IMG/VR virus record: IMGVR_UViG_3300027777_000034
Location: 8,394 to 72,393 of that record
DNA length: 64,000 nucleotides
Source: a virus
Reading direction: 5' to 3' (one strand)
Part shown: positions 1-10,023 of the stretch, piece by piece
How the letters are laid out: each line of letters opens with the position of its first letter
How positions within the stretch are numbered: the stretch's first letter is position 1
Notes under the pieces: generated by a model
Seen by the model: the letters and a program-made list of their open reading frames with translations, nothing else
Told to the model about the DNA's origin: nothing
The model's database searches: none
Position numbers and translations under genes: made by a program

Positions 1-2636
1 ACAATGTGGGAGACTTTAGCCACAGACCAGTGCTTGCTGCTAATATGATTCTGTTATGGGAAAACTCGGTTAAGGGATCTCGCAGAGTATCCATACTCAC
101 AGATGATGAAGGTGAGCGATTTGTACTGGCTGATATTAGTATAGTTGAGGGTGTATAAAATAGGGATTTAAACTTTTTAAAGGAGATATAAAATGACATC
201 AATAGAAGATAAACCTGTTAAAGCTGGAAGAAAAGTAGTTGCCGATAGCACAATACTTTACAACTTATATAATATTGTAGATCGTGTAGAAAATACTATA
301 AAAGAATCAGTCATCAATGTTTATGCAGATAGATATCGTGTAAACATCTGGCAGGGAACAGACAATCCTTTCTTGCCAAAGGCTGGAACTATAGCTGCAA
401 GCTACTTTATATCTGTTGATTCAAGCGGTAAAATAAAGATGTTCAACAACTAGAAAGCAATCAGATGAAAATAGATGAGGCAATTGCTATGCTTAATCAA
501 GCAAAGGATAGCGGATCAAAAGATGTTATCTTTGCTTTTTGGGAAGCTAAAGAATTTAATAGAAAAGCAAAGAAAACATTTACCAACAATATTGTTTGGT
601 CAAACATAGCTGATTACATACACGACAACATGGATTGGAAGTACATACATAATGAACTACAAAAAATGATAGATAAAATAAAAGTTAAAAATGAGTAAAT
701 ATTTTCATGTGACAAACGAATAAGTAATTAGAAAGGAGATAAAATGATTTTTTGGGAAGAAGAAATCGTTGATCATATATGTTACATAACAGGAGCCACT
801 AGAGATGTTGCCCATGCAATGGTAATGTCAAAAAGCTTTATATTCATACAAGGTTGGTCAATGGGCGAATCAGCATTAAATATAGCTAACAGGATTTTAA
901 AGGAGTATGTCGATGAAAAAATTAGAAAGTCAAAAACAATTGTTTGAAGATGTCTTTGCAGTAGAGCATATACATTCAAGCAAAAAGAAATTGGTTATTC
1001 GTACTGATGTGTTTGAAGATGGTATTATTGTGCAAAAAGTATCTGCTAATTGCACGATGATTTACATCAATGACCTTGATTATATGGCTAAAGGCGATAT
1101 TCTTGATGGGAGCATTCAGATAATATTCTTTCCAATATCGCACAAAGAATTGGACAAAAGATTTAAATTACTTGCGGAATGTATTTCAAAAAAGGAGGAA
1201 CTATGTGGTACGAAAACAGAGAAAATTTAGTGGCTCTAGCCAATTACCTTAAGGATGATGGAGAGTGGCGAGATTATAGCACTAAAGAACATAAAGATGA
1301 TCCTATCAAGCGAATGATCTACTTTTTATCTAAACCTTGGAAGTGGCAAGAAGAGTGGGAAATGTTTCAGAAAACCAAAACTTTTATTGGGAGGAATTAA
1401 AAAATGACAGAAGAAACATCATACGAAGAATGTATAGCCCTACCAATAGGTATTGGAGATATGAAAATATATGAACTTTTTGACGGATTAGTTCTTAAGA
1501 TGGATGCAAAAATGAAGTCTTCCTTAAACACTAAGGCAAACTACTTGGTTTGGAGCAATTATCAATTTTTGGGATTGTTCTTCACAAGCAAAGAAGTTTC
1601 TGCACAGCTTAACTCACAAGGAGAAAAACATGAAAAACAGAAGGATTAGTATTACATCAAGCATTGTGAATGGCATTGAACAAATGCTAGAAAGCGATAG
1701 TATTGATCAAAACAATTTTCAACCTATTTTAGAATGGGTTCAAAACATCAAAAGATTTCCAATGCAAAAATACTCAGACCTATTTTTTGCAAAAGGGCTG
1801 TTAGATAATTTAAATCTTCTCAAGACTTTCTACTATCGTCATGTAGAGGAAAAGAATGGTCTTGTATATCATAAAAGCGTATTGGATGCGTTTATGTATA
1901 TAGACAAAGTTAATGAAAAGTATGGGGAAGTAGCTCCAGTTGCTGCTGAAGTTGAACAAGAATAATGTGCGTCTTTTCTAAACTAGGAGGGTTTGTGATG
2001 ACGATGAGGATTTTAATATGCTTTGCTTCTATCTGTGCGTTTGGATGCGGAACGATAGAGCAGAGCGTTTCTACTAGCATTAGCCCATATGACAGTAGAG
2101 AAATAGAGAAGGTAAATGTAAGTTTTAAACATTGTTATGTTTTTCCAACAAGGTGATTTATGCCAATAGAAAAAAATAAATTTATCTCTAGCGATACTGG
2201 ATTGATATATTCAATGTCTAAACCTAAATGGAAAAAGTATTTAAAACTAATGCTTGCCCATAAGTTATCTTTGTTAAAGAAAAAGCAATTACCAGCACCA
2301 GAAATAAAAAAGGAGGACATTAAATTAATTGCGTACAATGTATTTGATATTGATAGATTGAAGAATGATGACTGTATAGATACTGTGAAATCAGAACTTT
2401 TAAAACTAGGAAAATAAAATGAAAATGTATTTAGTTAATGGGTATAAAGATGCTACTATCAGAGCAGGATTTTTAGAAAAAGAGTGGACTAGTAAATCTG
2501 GAAAGAAACTAGTAACACTTAAAATACTTGATCACTACAAGGAACATTCAACAGTTTTTAGAACATATCATCGTGATAAGTTATCTGTAATGAAAGTTCT
2601 TGATGTTGATGATGATTTATTAGCAAAGGAGAAAAA

Positions 2637-2909
2637 ATGAGCAATTTAAGCGGATGGAAACAAAACAGAAGCATTACACCAGAAGAGTTTGTAAAAGCTT
2701 TTACCGAAAATGATACCTATGAGGCAATTGCAACAAAGCTAAACATTAGCGTATCAGCAGTAAGGAACAGGGCTTATGCTTTAAAGCGATCTGGTGTTAA
2801 CTTAAATACTAGTAAGAAGAAAGCCAGCGGTTCTTTTTTTGGCTCAAAAAAACTTGATGAAAAAAATGTTTTAGAGCTAAATAAAATCATCGATGACTCG
2901 AATAAGTAA
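2637..2909 (+). CDS. Small helix-turn-helix DNA-binding protein
   Basis: 'TYEAIATKLNISVSAVRNRAYALKR' has an HTH pattern; AAGGAG RBS upstream. Confidence 0.6.
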   Translation: MSNLSGWKQNRSITPEEFVKAFTENDTYEAIATKLNISVSAVRNRAYALKRSGVNLNTSKKKASGSFFGSKKLDEKNVLELNKIIDDSNK

Positions 2910-2923
2910 TTGTAATAATTGTA

Positions 2924-2943
2924 TGGGGCTAGCAATAGCCCCA
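2924..2943. promoter_or_regulatory. GC-rich hairpin with GCAA tetraloop in an intergenic gap
   Basis: TGGGGCTA-GCAA-TAGCCCCA, perfect 8-bp stem; no U-tract on the + strand, so function (stabiliser or terminator) is unclear. Confidence 0.5.
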
Positions 2944-3306
2944 AAAATACCAAGGAGGAACAAATGGACTTCAAAAAGATTGCAAAAAAGAATGTTAAAG
3001 AGTTTATTGAGTCAGTAGATCAGTTTCATTCATATGCGAGTAATTTGTTACATCTCTTGAAGAGTGTAAAATCATCCTTAAAAAACAATGAAACATGTTT
3101 TAATATTATGGAAGTACAGTCTAATGTTGAAACATTAAATACTTTTATGGTTAACATGAATAGATTTTATGACAGAGTTGAATTTATTGAAGAACTACAA
3201 TTCGAAAAAGAGTTTCAAAAATGAACAAAGATGCAATGACTTTTATTCTGATATGTTCTATTATAATTGGTATTATTAAAGGCATATTTCCAAGCAATGG
3301 TGATTA

Positions 3307-3900
3307 ATGGCTTTTAGATATCAAACTTCTAATATTTTTTCTTATGAAAATATAGAACTTGTTGCACAAATAAAACTTAAATTTTATAGAAATCAAATGG
3401 ATCAAGATAATGTAATAATGGCAAATTATGAAGGTAAATTAGAATATTTTTATGCAAAAAATATATTTTCTGATGATAAAGATTTTGATATATATGATTA
3501 CTTACAATATTTGCCAATTATAAATGTTGAAAATTATACTGAATGTAAGGATATTTCAGAAATATGTTTAAATAGAAAAATGGGAACACTTGAAAGTTTT
3601 TTATATTATAAAAAGTCTCAAGAAGAACTTTTTTCTACTTTTCCAGAAGTGACTACAACAACAAGTACAAGCACAACAACCACAACCGTTACAACAACGC
3701 CATGTCCAACAGGTGTATCAAGTAGAGTATATTACATAAATGCAACAAATATTTGTGCAGTTTGTGTAGCAACAAATGAATTTGTGTGCAGCCCATATGA
3801 AAATTATAATTATGTAAATTGTTTAAATTCAGTAAATAGTATTAATAAAGGAAATACAAATTGTACAACAAGTCCAGAACCAACAACACCTATGCCTTAG
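3307..3900 (+). CDS. Hypothetical protein with Thr-rich linker and Cys-rich C-terminus
   Basis: 'VTTTTSTSTTTTTVTTTPCP' followed by several Cys and 'TTSPEPTTPMP'. Confidence 0.5.
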   Translation: MAFRYQTSNIFSYENIELVAQIKLKFYRNQMDQDNVIMANYEGKLEYFYAKNIFSDDKDFDIYDYLQYLPIINVENYTECKDISEICLNRKMGTLESFLYYKKSQEELFSTFPEVTTTTSTSTTTTTVTTTPCPTGVSSRVYYINATNICAVCVATNEFVCSPYENYNYVNCLNSVNSINKGNTNCTTSPEPTTPMP

Positions 3901-3909
3901 ATATAAAAA

Positions 3910-4377
3910 TTATTGTTTAGCCATATATTCTTTGTGTTTTTTTTCAAATTCAATTATTTTATCTTTTGGCCCAACATATGTAAATTCCTCTTTTTTATAA
4001 TGCCTTATAAGGGTTAAAACATGATTTGAAAATAGTTTTAAAATCTTTTGTGCATCACTACTAAGTAAAGCATCTGGCCAAACTTCTTGGCCCATAAGCA
4101 TTGCTAAACCAAGATCATTATTTTCAGCAGTAACAGGATAAAACATGAGTCCAAGATTATTCGGCCTAATTTCTTCGCCACCAGGAATTAAGTTTAAAAT
4201 GTACGCACAAGACCAATCACGACATATGTTTGGCCTAGTGTCATACACACCACAACCACCATGATCTGCTCTATCTTTGCAATTGCAGAATGCTGGCTTG
4301 TTAAGTTCTCGAACTTCTAAGATGTTGCAACACACATCACAATTGCCACAGGTGTTTTCTACTTGTTTAAGTTCCAT
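3910..4377 (-). CDS. YkgJ-like cysteine-cluster (Zn/Fe-chelating) protein
   Basis: 'CGNCDVCC...C.C...GCGVYDTRPNICRDWSC'; start moved to MELKQ. Confidence 0.7.
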   Translation of the reverse strand: MELKQVENTCGNCDVCCNILEVRELNKPAFCNCKDRADHGGCGVYDTRPNICRDWSCAYILNLIPGGEEIRPNNLGLMFYPVTAENNDLGLAMLMGQEVWPDALLSSDAQKILKLFSNHVLTLIRHYKKEEFTYVGPKDKIIEFEKKHKEYMAKQ

Positions 4378-4432
4378 AATTAACCTTGTTTGAATTTGTT
4401 TAAAAGTATAATATATATAAAAGGAGATCAAT

Positions 4433-4723
4433 ATGAAATGTTTTTTTTCAGCAATTAGTTTTATTTTACTGGTTTCTACATCAAATGCTCAACAGATTAT
4501 GTATAAGCCATTGCAACAACAAGCTTATAGTTATAACAATTATAATAACTATAACAATGCTCAGAGATATTATCCAATTAATCCTATTCAGAAAACTCCA
4601 ACTGGATATTTGTATTATCCATTGACTAATTTACCACCATTACAATCAAATGGATACACATTACAAAATACTCAACCGTATATTGGAATGTATTACTATA
4701 GTCCTAGTTTATGGTTACAATAA
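4433..4723 (+). CDS. Small secreted Tyr/Asn/Gln/Pro-rich protein
   Basis: Signal peptide ending SNA/Q, low-complexity mature region, AAGGAG RBS. Confidence 0.55.
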   Translation: MKCFFSAISFILLVSTSNAQQIMYKPLQQQAYSYNNYNNYNNAQRYYPINPIQKTPTGYLYYPLTNLPPLQSNGYTLQNTQPYIGMYYYSPSLWLQ

Positions 4724-5470
4724 ATGTTTAACGAAGATGATTTAAATAAGTGGAAAAACTCAAAACCATTTAATCATTTAGTAATAGACAATTTTTTAGA
4801 AAACTCATTGGCTATGCAAATAGCTGATGAGTTTCCTTCTATTAATGATGACTTTTGGTTTTATTACAACAATGCTGTTGAAGTTAAAAAAGCCTGTGAT
4901 ATGTGGTGTAAGTTCCCAAAATCAATATACAAAACAATATTTGAATTAACGAGCAAAGAATTTGTAGACTCTCTATCTAACTTAGTTGGTAAACAAGTTT
5001 GGGCAGACTATGGGTTAAATGGCGGTGGTATACACGCTATGGGCAATTCTGGAAAATTAAACCCACATTTAGACTACAGCATACACCCAAAGCTTGGACT
5101 ACAAAGAAAGATAAATTTAATAATATACTTAACAAAAAATTGGGATACCTCTTGGGGTGGAGCTATAGAGCTATGGTCACACGATGAAGAGAATAATAAA
5201 CCAAAACAGGTTGAAGTTAAAATAGATTCCACTTTTAATAGGGCTTTATTGTTTGATACAACTCAAAATTCATGGCATGGCATATCAGATCAAATCACAT
5301 GTCCAATCGACAAATCAAGAAATTCAATAGCAATATACTATGTTTGTGAGCCAGAGATTGGAAGCGAAGATAGGAATAAGGCTTTGTTTGCCCCAACAGA
5401 GGATCAAAAGGGCGATAAGTTAGTTGAAGAACTTATAAGACAAAGACTTTTGGGGAAATACAAAATATAG
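4724..5470 (+). CDS. 2OG-Fe(II) oxygenase (prolyl-hydroxylase-like)
   Basis: 'KPFNHLVIDNFL', HxD 'PHLD', 'WGGAIELW', 'SWHG', 'RNSIAIYY'. Confidence 0.85.
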   Translation: MFNEDDLNKWKNSKPFNHLVIDNFLENSLAMQIADEFPSINDDFWFYYNNAVEVKKACDMWCKFPKSIYKTIFELTSKEFVDSLSNLVGKQVWADYGLNGGGIHAMGNSGKLNPHLDYSIHPKLGLQRKINLIIYLTKNWDTSWGGAIELWSHDEENNKPKQVEVKIDSTFNRALLFDTTQNSWHGISDQITCPIDKSRNSIAIYYVCEPEIGSEDRNKALFAPTEDQKGDKLVEELIRQRLLGKYKI

Positions 5471-5990
5471 TAAATATTAATGTTACTTAAGCGAATAGCT
5501 TTTTGTACAAAACATTTACTTTTATAGGAGGATACAATGGAATCAAAAGCACCAATCGAAATCAATGGAGAAAAATATCTGCTGTTTGCAAGCGAGAATG
5601 TTAAAAGACTTTTAAGAAAGAATAAGGTTGCAGCAGTGACCATTCTTGAAGAGTTTATTAATAAACCATTCACAAAGCTTGGAACATCTAATATTAAAAG
5701 GATTGCAGAAACAAACTTAAACATCTTAAACATTCAAGCAACAGAGTTTGAGTCTCAAGAAGAAATCAAATGTTTTATATTGCACTGTGTTGGTAATTAT
5801 ACGCAAATGCTGCCGATATATCCAAAGAAGTGGTCGGTAATGTTGGAATGTGGGCATAAAGCAATCTTTGATGAAACAGTTGACTACATCTGTAAAGATC
5901 ATGTGGTCACATGTTTTAAGTGCAATAAAAATAATTAATGCTTTTTAATCTGTAAGAAAAACGCATACATATTTCTTACAAGGAGGTTTG

Positions 5991-6890
5991 ATGTTAAAAC
6001 TATATGATATGTTTTCGGGGATAGGTGGATTTGCTTTAGGGTTTCAAAAGGAAGGTTTTGAAGTAACTGCTTTTGCAGAGTTAGATAAGTATCCTTCTGA
6101 AGTTTTAGCAAAGAATTTTCCAAATATCCCTAATTATGGAGATGTAACAAAAGTAAAGTATAAAAAAGATCAGTTTGATTTGATTGTTGGGGGTTTTCCC
6201 TGCACAGACATATCTATAGCAAGTCAATCAAAGGAGGGCATATATGGAAAAAGATCATTCTTGTGGAAAGAATTCTTCCGAGCAGTTAAAGATGTTCAAC
6301 CAAAATATTGTGTCATTGAAAATGTCTTTATGCTGCTTGGAAGAGGGCTTGAAACGGTACTTCAAGACCTTGCCAGCATCGGGTACGATGCGACTTATAC
6401 AACGCTCGATGCCCAATACTGTGGAACAGCCCAAAGAAGGCGTAGAGTTTACATTTTGGGAGTCCGTGATGGAATCACCTCCAATAGCGATATACTCCAG
6501 TTTGGCCCTCGTAGTACTAGAACCTGTCAACAAAGCGTGGAACTTGTCAAAAAGAGCTTTGAATGGAATTTTAAAAAGAGCATGTGGTTCAAAGAAACCT
6601 TTGCCTACTTTACTCGCCAAAGAAGTGATCAGTTTGATGAATGCGGAGTGTCATCAACCCTAACAAAAAGAGATTATAAGTCTTTTACAGATTTAGTAGT
6701 ATCTGATGGCAACATACGCAGAGTAACACCTACAGAAAGGCTTCGCCTTATGGGTTTTCCTGACGATTGGCATATTGAAAATGCTTCAAGTACTGATAAG
6801 TATAAATATAACGGTATGCATGTACCTTCAGTTCAATACATAGCAAGATGTTTAAAGGAGTACGAAAGATGTTTGAATTTGCAAAAATAG
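5991..6890 (+). CDS. C5-cytosine DNA methyltransferase homolog with atypical motif X
   Basis: Motif I 'DMFSGIGGF', IV 'GGFPC', VI 'ENV', VIII 'QRRRRVY', IX 'ERLRLMGFPDDW'; AGGAGG RBS. Confidence 0.9.
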   Translation: MLKLYDMFSGIGGFALGFQKEGFEVTAFAELDKYPSEVLAKNFPNIPNYGDVTKVKYKKDQFDLIVGGFPCTDISIASQSKEGIYGKRSFLWKEFFRAVKDVQPKYCVIENVFMLLGRGLETVLQDLASIGYDATYTTLDAQYCGTAQRRRRVYILGVRDGITSNSDILQFGPRSTRTCQQSVELVKKSFEWNFKKSMWFKETFAYFTRQRSDQFDECGVSSTLTKRDYKSFTDLVVSDGNIRRVTPTERLRLMGFPDDWHIENASSTDKYKYNGMHVPSVQYIARCLKEYERCLNLQK

Positions 6891-7501
6891 CAGAAAAATT
6901 TGACGAACATTTAGCTGGACAATTATATTGGCATAGCAATTTCGTTAATCATTTCTTGCCTGAGATTGCATCTGTCTTTATGGCAGAAGGAACAAATGTA
7001 TATGATTTTGGTGCATCAACAGGTAATGTAGAAGTGGCTTTATCAAGTATGATTAAGTCAAGGAGCATAGATTTTATACCTGTGGAAAAATGTAAAGAGA
7101 TGGCAGAAAGATATAAGGGAGAAAGCGAAGTGGTTGTTGATGATTTTTTAAATGTGTATATGGAAGAGTTTTCATTTGCTACATGTATTTTGTCTTTATG
7201 TTTTATCCATCCATCAAAAAGAGAAACATTTATTGATTCTTTAAAAAATAATTGTATGATTGGCGGTGCTTTTATAGTTTTGGAGAAAATGAAATCCAAG
7301 GGTGGATATTTAGGAACAGCTTTAAATAGAGTCACATGGCGTAATAAGATTGAAAATGGTGAATCTTTAAAGATGGTAATCAATAAAGAGCTTTCTCTAA
7401 GTGGTGTGCAGTATCCGCTAAGTGAAAAAGAACTTGAAGGATTTGAGTTAATATGGGCTTATGGTGATTTTCGTGCTTATATTTGGTTAAAGGAGTTTTA
7501 A
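6869..7501 (+). CDS. CmoA-like class I SAM-dependent enzyme
   Basis: 'FEFAKIAEKFDEH' resembles the CmoA N-terminus; 'VYDFGASTG', 'LSLCFI', 'GGAFIVLEK'; overlaps the methyltransferase 3' end. Confidence 0.7.
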   Translation: MFEFAKIAEKFDEHLAGQLYWHSNFVNHFLPEIASVFMAEGTNVYDFGASTGNVEVALSSMIKSRSIDFIPVEKCKEMAERYKGESEVVVDDFLNVYMEEFSFATCILSLCFIHPSKRETFIDSLKNNCMIGGAFIVLEKMKSKGGYLGTALNRVTWRNKIENGESLKMVINKELSLSGVQYPLSEKELEGFELIWAYGDFRAYIWLKEF

Positions 7502-7747
7502 ATGGAAGAAGAATTAGATTATCATTGTTCTGAGTGCGGTGTTCAAATTTCAGAGTGGATGCTTAGAGATGTCGATGGCGTTACAATTGATACATGTTTA
7601 AATTGTGCAATTAAAACATCATTAATGTTATGCCCTGTGTGCGACATAAACATAGGAATAACGAATGTAGATCGTGCAAATAGAATACTTGGTGAGGGAT
7701 GGGAAGAGATGTGCGAAGACTGTGCAAAAGCATTTGTTGAAAAATAG
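7502..7747 (+). CDS. Zinc-finger protein
   Basis: Four CxxC pairs (CSEC, CLNC, CPVC, CEDC). Confidence 0.6.
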   Translation: MEEELDYHCSECGVQISEWMLRDVDGVTIDTCLNCAIKTSLMLCPVCDINIGITNVDRANRILGEGWEEMCEDCAKAFVEK

Positions 7748-7782
7748 CCAAGTTTTATTGTGCTAACAATGGGGTATTTATA

Positions 7783-7920
7783 ATGGAAGACTTTAAAAAA
7801 TGGTACATTTGTTCTTACTGTGCATTTAAATTTTACTGGGAAGGCTTAGAAGATCCAACACAATGTCCAAAATGTAGATGTGAAGAAATTATTTTAATAA
7901 AAGAAAATAAAATTTTGTAA
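7783..7920 (+). CDS. Small zinc-ribbon protein (45 aa, absent from ORF track)
   Basis: Own translation: MEDFKKWYICSYCAFKFYWEGLEDPTQCPKCRCEEIILIKENKIL; two CxxC pairs; fills the gap between genes. Confidence 0.55.
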   Translation: MEDFKKWYICSYCAFKFYWEGLEDPTQCPKCRCEEIILIKENKIL

Positions 7921-7937
7921 AACTTTATGGAGCATAA

Positions 7938-8882
7938 ATGACAATCAACAGAAGAATTTTTTATGCTTGCCAAGCAGTTGGAATTGGTGACAAAGACGGT
8001 GCAAATTTTACTGTTGCTCATGGTGTTCAGAGTGTTGGCATAAATACACAGTTTAACTTAGAACAAATTTTTGAAGTTGGGATGATTTCAATTTATGAAA
8101 ATGTTGAAAATGTTCCTGATGTTGAAGTAACATTAGAAAAAGTATTAGATGGAAGAGATCTTCTTTACAATTTAGCAACATCAAGTGCTGTTGGAACTAC
8201 CTTATCGGCAAAATCAGTAGCACAATGTTCTGTAGCATTAGCCATTTTTGATGATACATCTGTAGCTGCAACTGGTACAGCAAAAGCTGGTTGTGTAATG
8301 AAAAAGTGTGTTGTAAGCCAAATAACATACAAAGTGGCAGTTGAAGGAAATGCAACAGAATCTATAACTCTTGTTGGAAATGAAAAGATTTGGTCAAACA
8401 GTTTAAATCCATCAGATGGAGAATGGTATATAAATAATTTTCCAGAAACAAATGTTCCAGACGATAAGCCAGATTTGACTATACAAAGAAGACAGCATGT
8501 TAATATTGGTGCTTCAAAAATACCAAATTGCATACCAGCAATATCATCATTCCAATCAATAACTGTTGGTGCAAATATAACTAGAGAAAAAATACTTGAG
8601 CTTGGAAGTAAAGTTCCATATTTTAGATATGCGAAATTTCCAGTAGAAGTAACAGCACAATTTGAGATTATAGCAAAAAAGGGCGATCAAATAGGCGTTG
8701 TTGAGGATACAAACAATCTTACAGATGAAGAAATAAAATTGGTTTTTTTAAATGGAACAACAATAGACCTTGGAAAAAAGAACAAGTTACAATCTGCAAA
8801 CTATCAAGGTGGCGGTACAGACGGTGGTAATGCAACAATAACATATAGTTTTAAGACATTTAATGATTTTACGGTAACATAA
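7938..8882 (+). CDS. Putative tail tube / major tail protein
   Basis: Beta-rich, Thr/Val/Gly-rich; 'GVQSVGINTQFNLEQIFEVG' and a second related half 'FQSITVGANITREKILELG' fit a duplicated tube fold. Confidence 0.55.
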   Translation: MTINRRIFYACQAVGIGDKDGANFTVAHGVQSVGINTQFNLEQIFEVGMISIYENVENVPDVEVTLEKVLDGRDLLYNLATSSAVGTTLSAKSVAQCSVALAIFDDTSVAATGTAKAGCVMKKCVVSQITYKVAVEGNATESITLVGNEKIWSNSLNPSDGEWYINNFPETNVPDDKPDLTIQRRQHVNIGASKIPNCIPAISSFQSITVGANITREKILELGSKVPYFRYAKFPVEVTAQFEIIAKKGDQIGVVEDTNNLTDEEIKLVFLNGTTIDLGKKNKLQSANYQGGGTDGGNATITYSFKTFNDFTVT

Positions 8883-9701
8883 TGAATACTACTGAACAAA
8901 AACAAATCAAAACTTTGGAAGATTTTAATTTTGAATTGCAATTTCATTTTACATTACAATACGAAAGAATTAAAAAGCTTGAAGAAGCAATAAAAACTCA
9001 TCAAGAAGAAATGGAAAATCATTGGTTATATGCTGGTATAGATAAAAGACAAGTTCCCGATTGGGATACCAATAAAAAACTATGGGATTGTTTATAAACA
9101 TATGGATAGTGATGATTCATATACTATTGTGTTCACAAACGAAATGCTTAAGTCTATTGGTATAGACACAGATCAAAATGATATTGATGTAAAAATAGTT
9201 GTTGAAAATGGAACTATTAAAGTATTGAGAAAAGAAGATGTTGGTTGATAACTACATTTGTGCATTTTTTCAATATATATGTTATACAATATTGTATTTG
9301 CTTATAATAAAATTAATGAAAGAAATATTAAATGAGGATTCTGATAAATTTTTTTGAGTGTTGAACGAATAACAATATGTGTAAGGAATACATAACCCAA
9401 GGAGAAAAGATATGATGATTTACAATTGGCTTTTTGGCAAGGAAAAAAAGAATTGTGGAGGTTGCAAATTAAAGCAACAAGATAAATCAATAGCAGAATT
9501 TGTTTCTGAGCTTAACTTATTAAAAGCTAAATTTAATGATTTAGAGTTAGATTATATTGAGTTAGAAAACATTAATGCTTCTTTAAGTTCTGATAATGAG
9601 GAACTAAAAACTAAAAACAACGAACTAATATCTATGCTATTAAAAGTATCTGATATAGCAAGAGTTGGTGTTGAATGTAATAAAAAAGGATATTAACTGA
9701 A

Positions 9702-9773
9702 ATTATAAGGTGTCTGGACCAATGACGGTGGGAAAGGTCTTACTAGTTGTGTTGACTAGAGACACCTTGTAAT
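9702..9773 (+). promoter_or_regulatory. Three-way-junction RNA structure upstream of csrA
   Basis: P1 9702-9715/9760-9773 (14 bp, one G-U), P2 9716-9720/9736-9740, P3 9743-9748/9754-9759. Confidence 0.55.
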
Positions 9774-9792
9774 AAACTTAGGGGGAATTAAT

Positions 9793-10023
9793 ATGGAAAT
9801 TGGAAGTTTGGTTTTTGCTAGAAAATTGAATGAAGCTTTTACTATTTATACCGATTCTGGTAATATAGAGGTTACCATTAAAGAAATAAATACATATTCA
9901 AATCAAGTTAGATTGCGTATTAAAGCACCAAAAAACATTAAAATCATGCGAGATAATGCAGTTGATTTAAAACCAAAAGATATATTGTTCACACCAACAA
10001 TTCCAAGATCGGAGAAAAGATGA
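9793..10023 (+). CDS. csrA: Carbon storage regulator CsrA-like RNA-binding protein
   Basis: 'LVFARKLNEAFTI...IEVTI...NQVRLRIKAPKNIKIMRD' matches the CsrA pattern. Confidence 0.8.
   Translation: MEIGSLVFARKLNEAFTIYTDSGNIEVTIKEINTYSNQVRLRIKAPKNIKIMRDNAVDLKPKDILFTPTIPRSEKR

Noticed and set aside
3650-3700. ACA-rich tract as a contingency or tandem DNA repeat
   Set aside because: Imperfect, with synonymous codon variation; reflects a poly-Thr protein linker.
6244-6663. Overlapping 139-aa (+) and 121-aa (-) ORFs inside the methyltransferase gene
   Set aside because: No recognisable motifs; explained by locally higher GC giving fewer stop codons.
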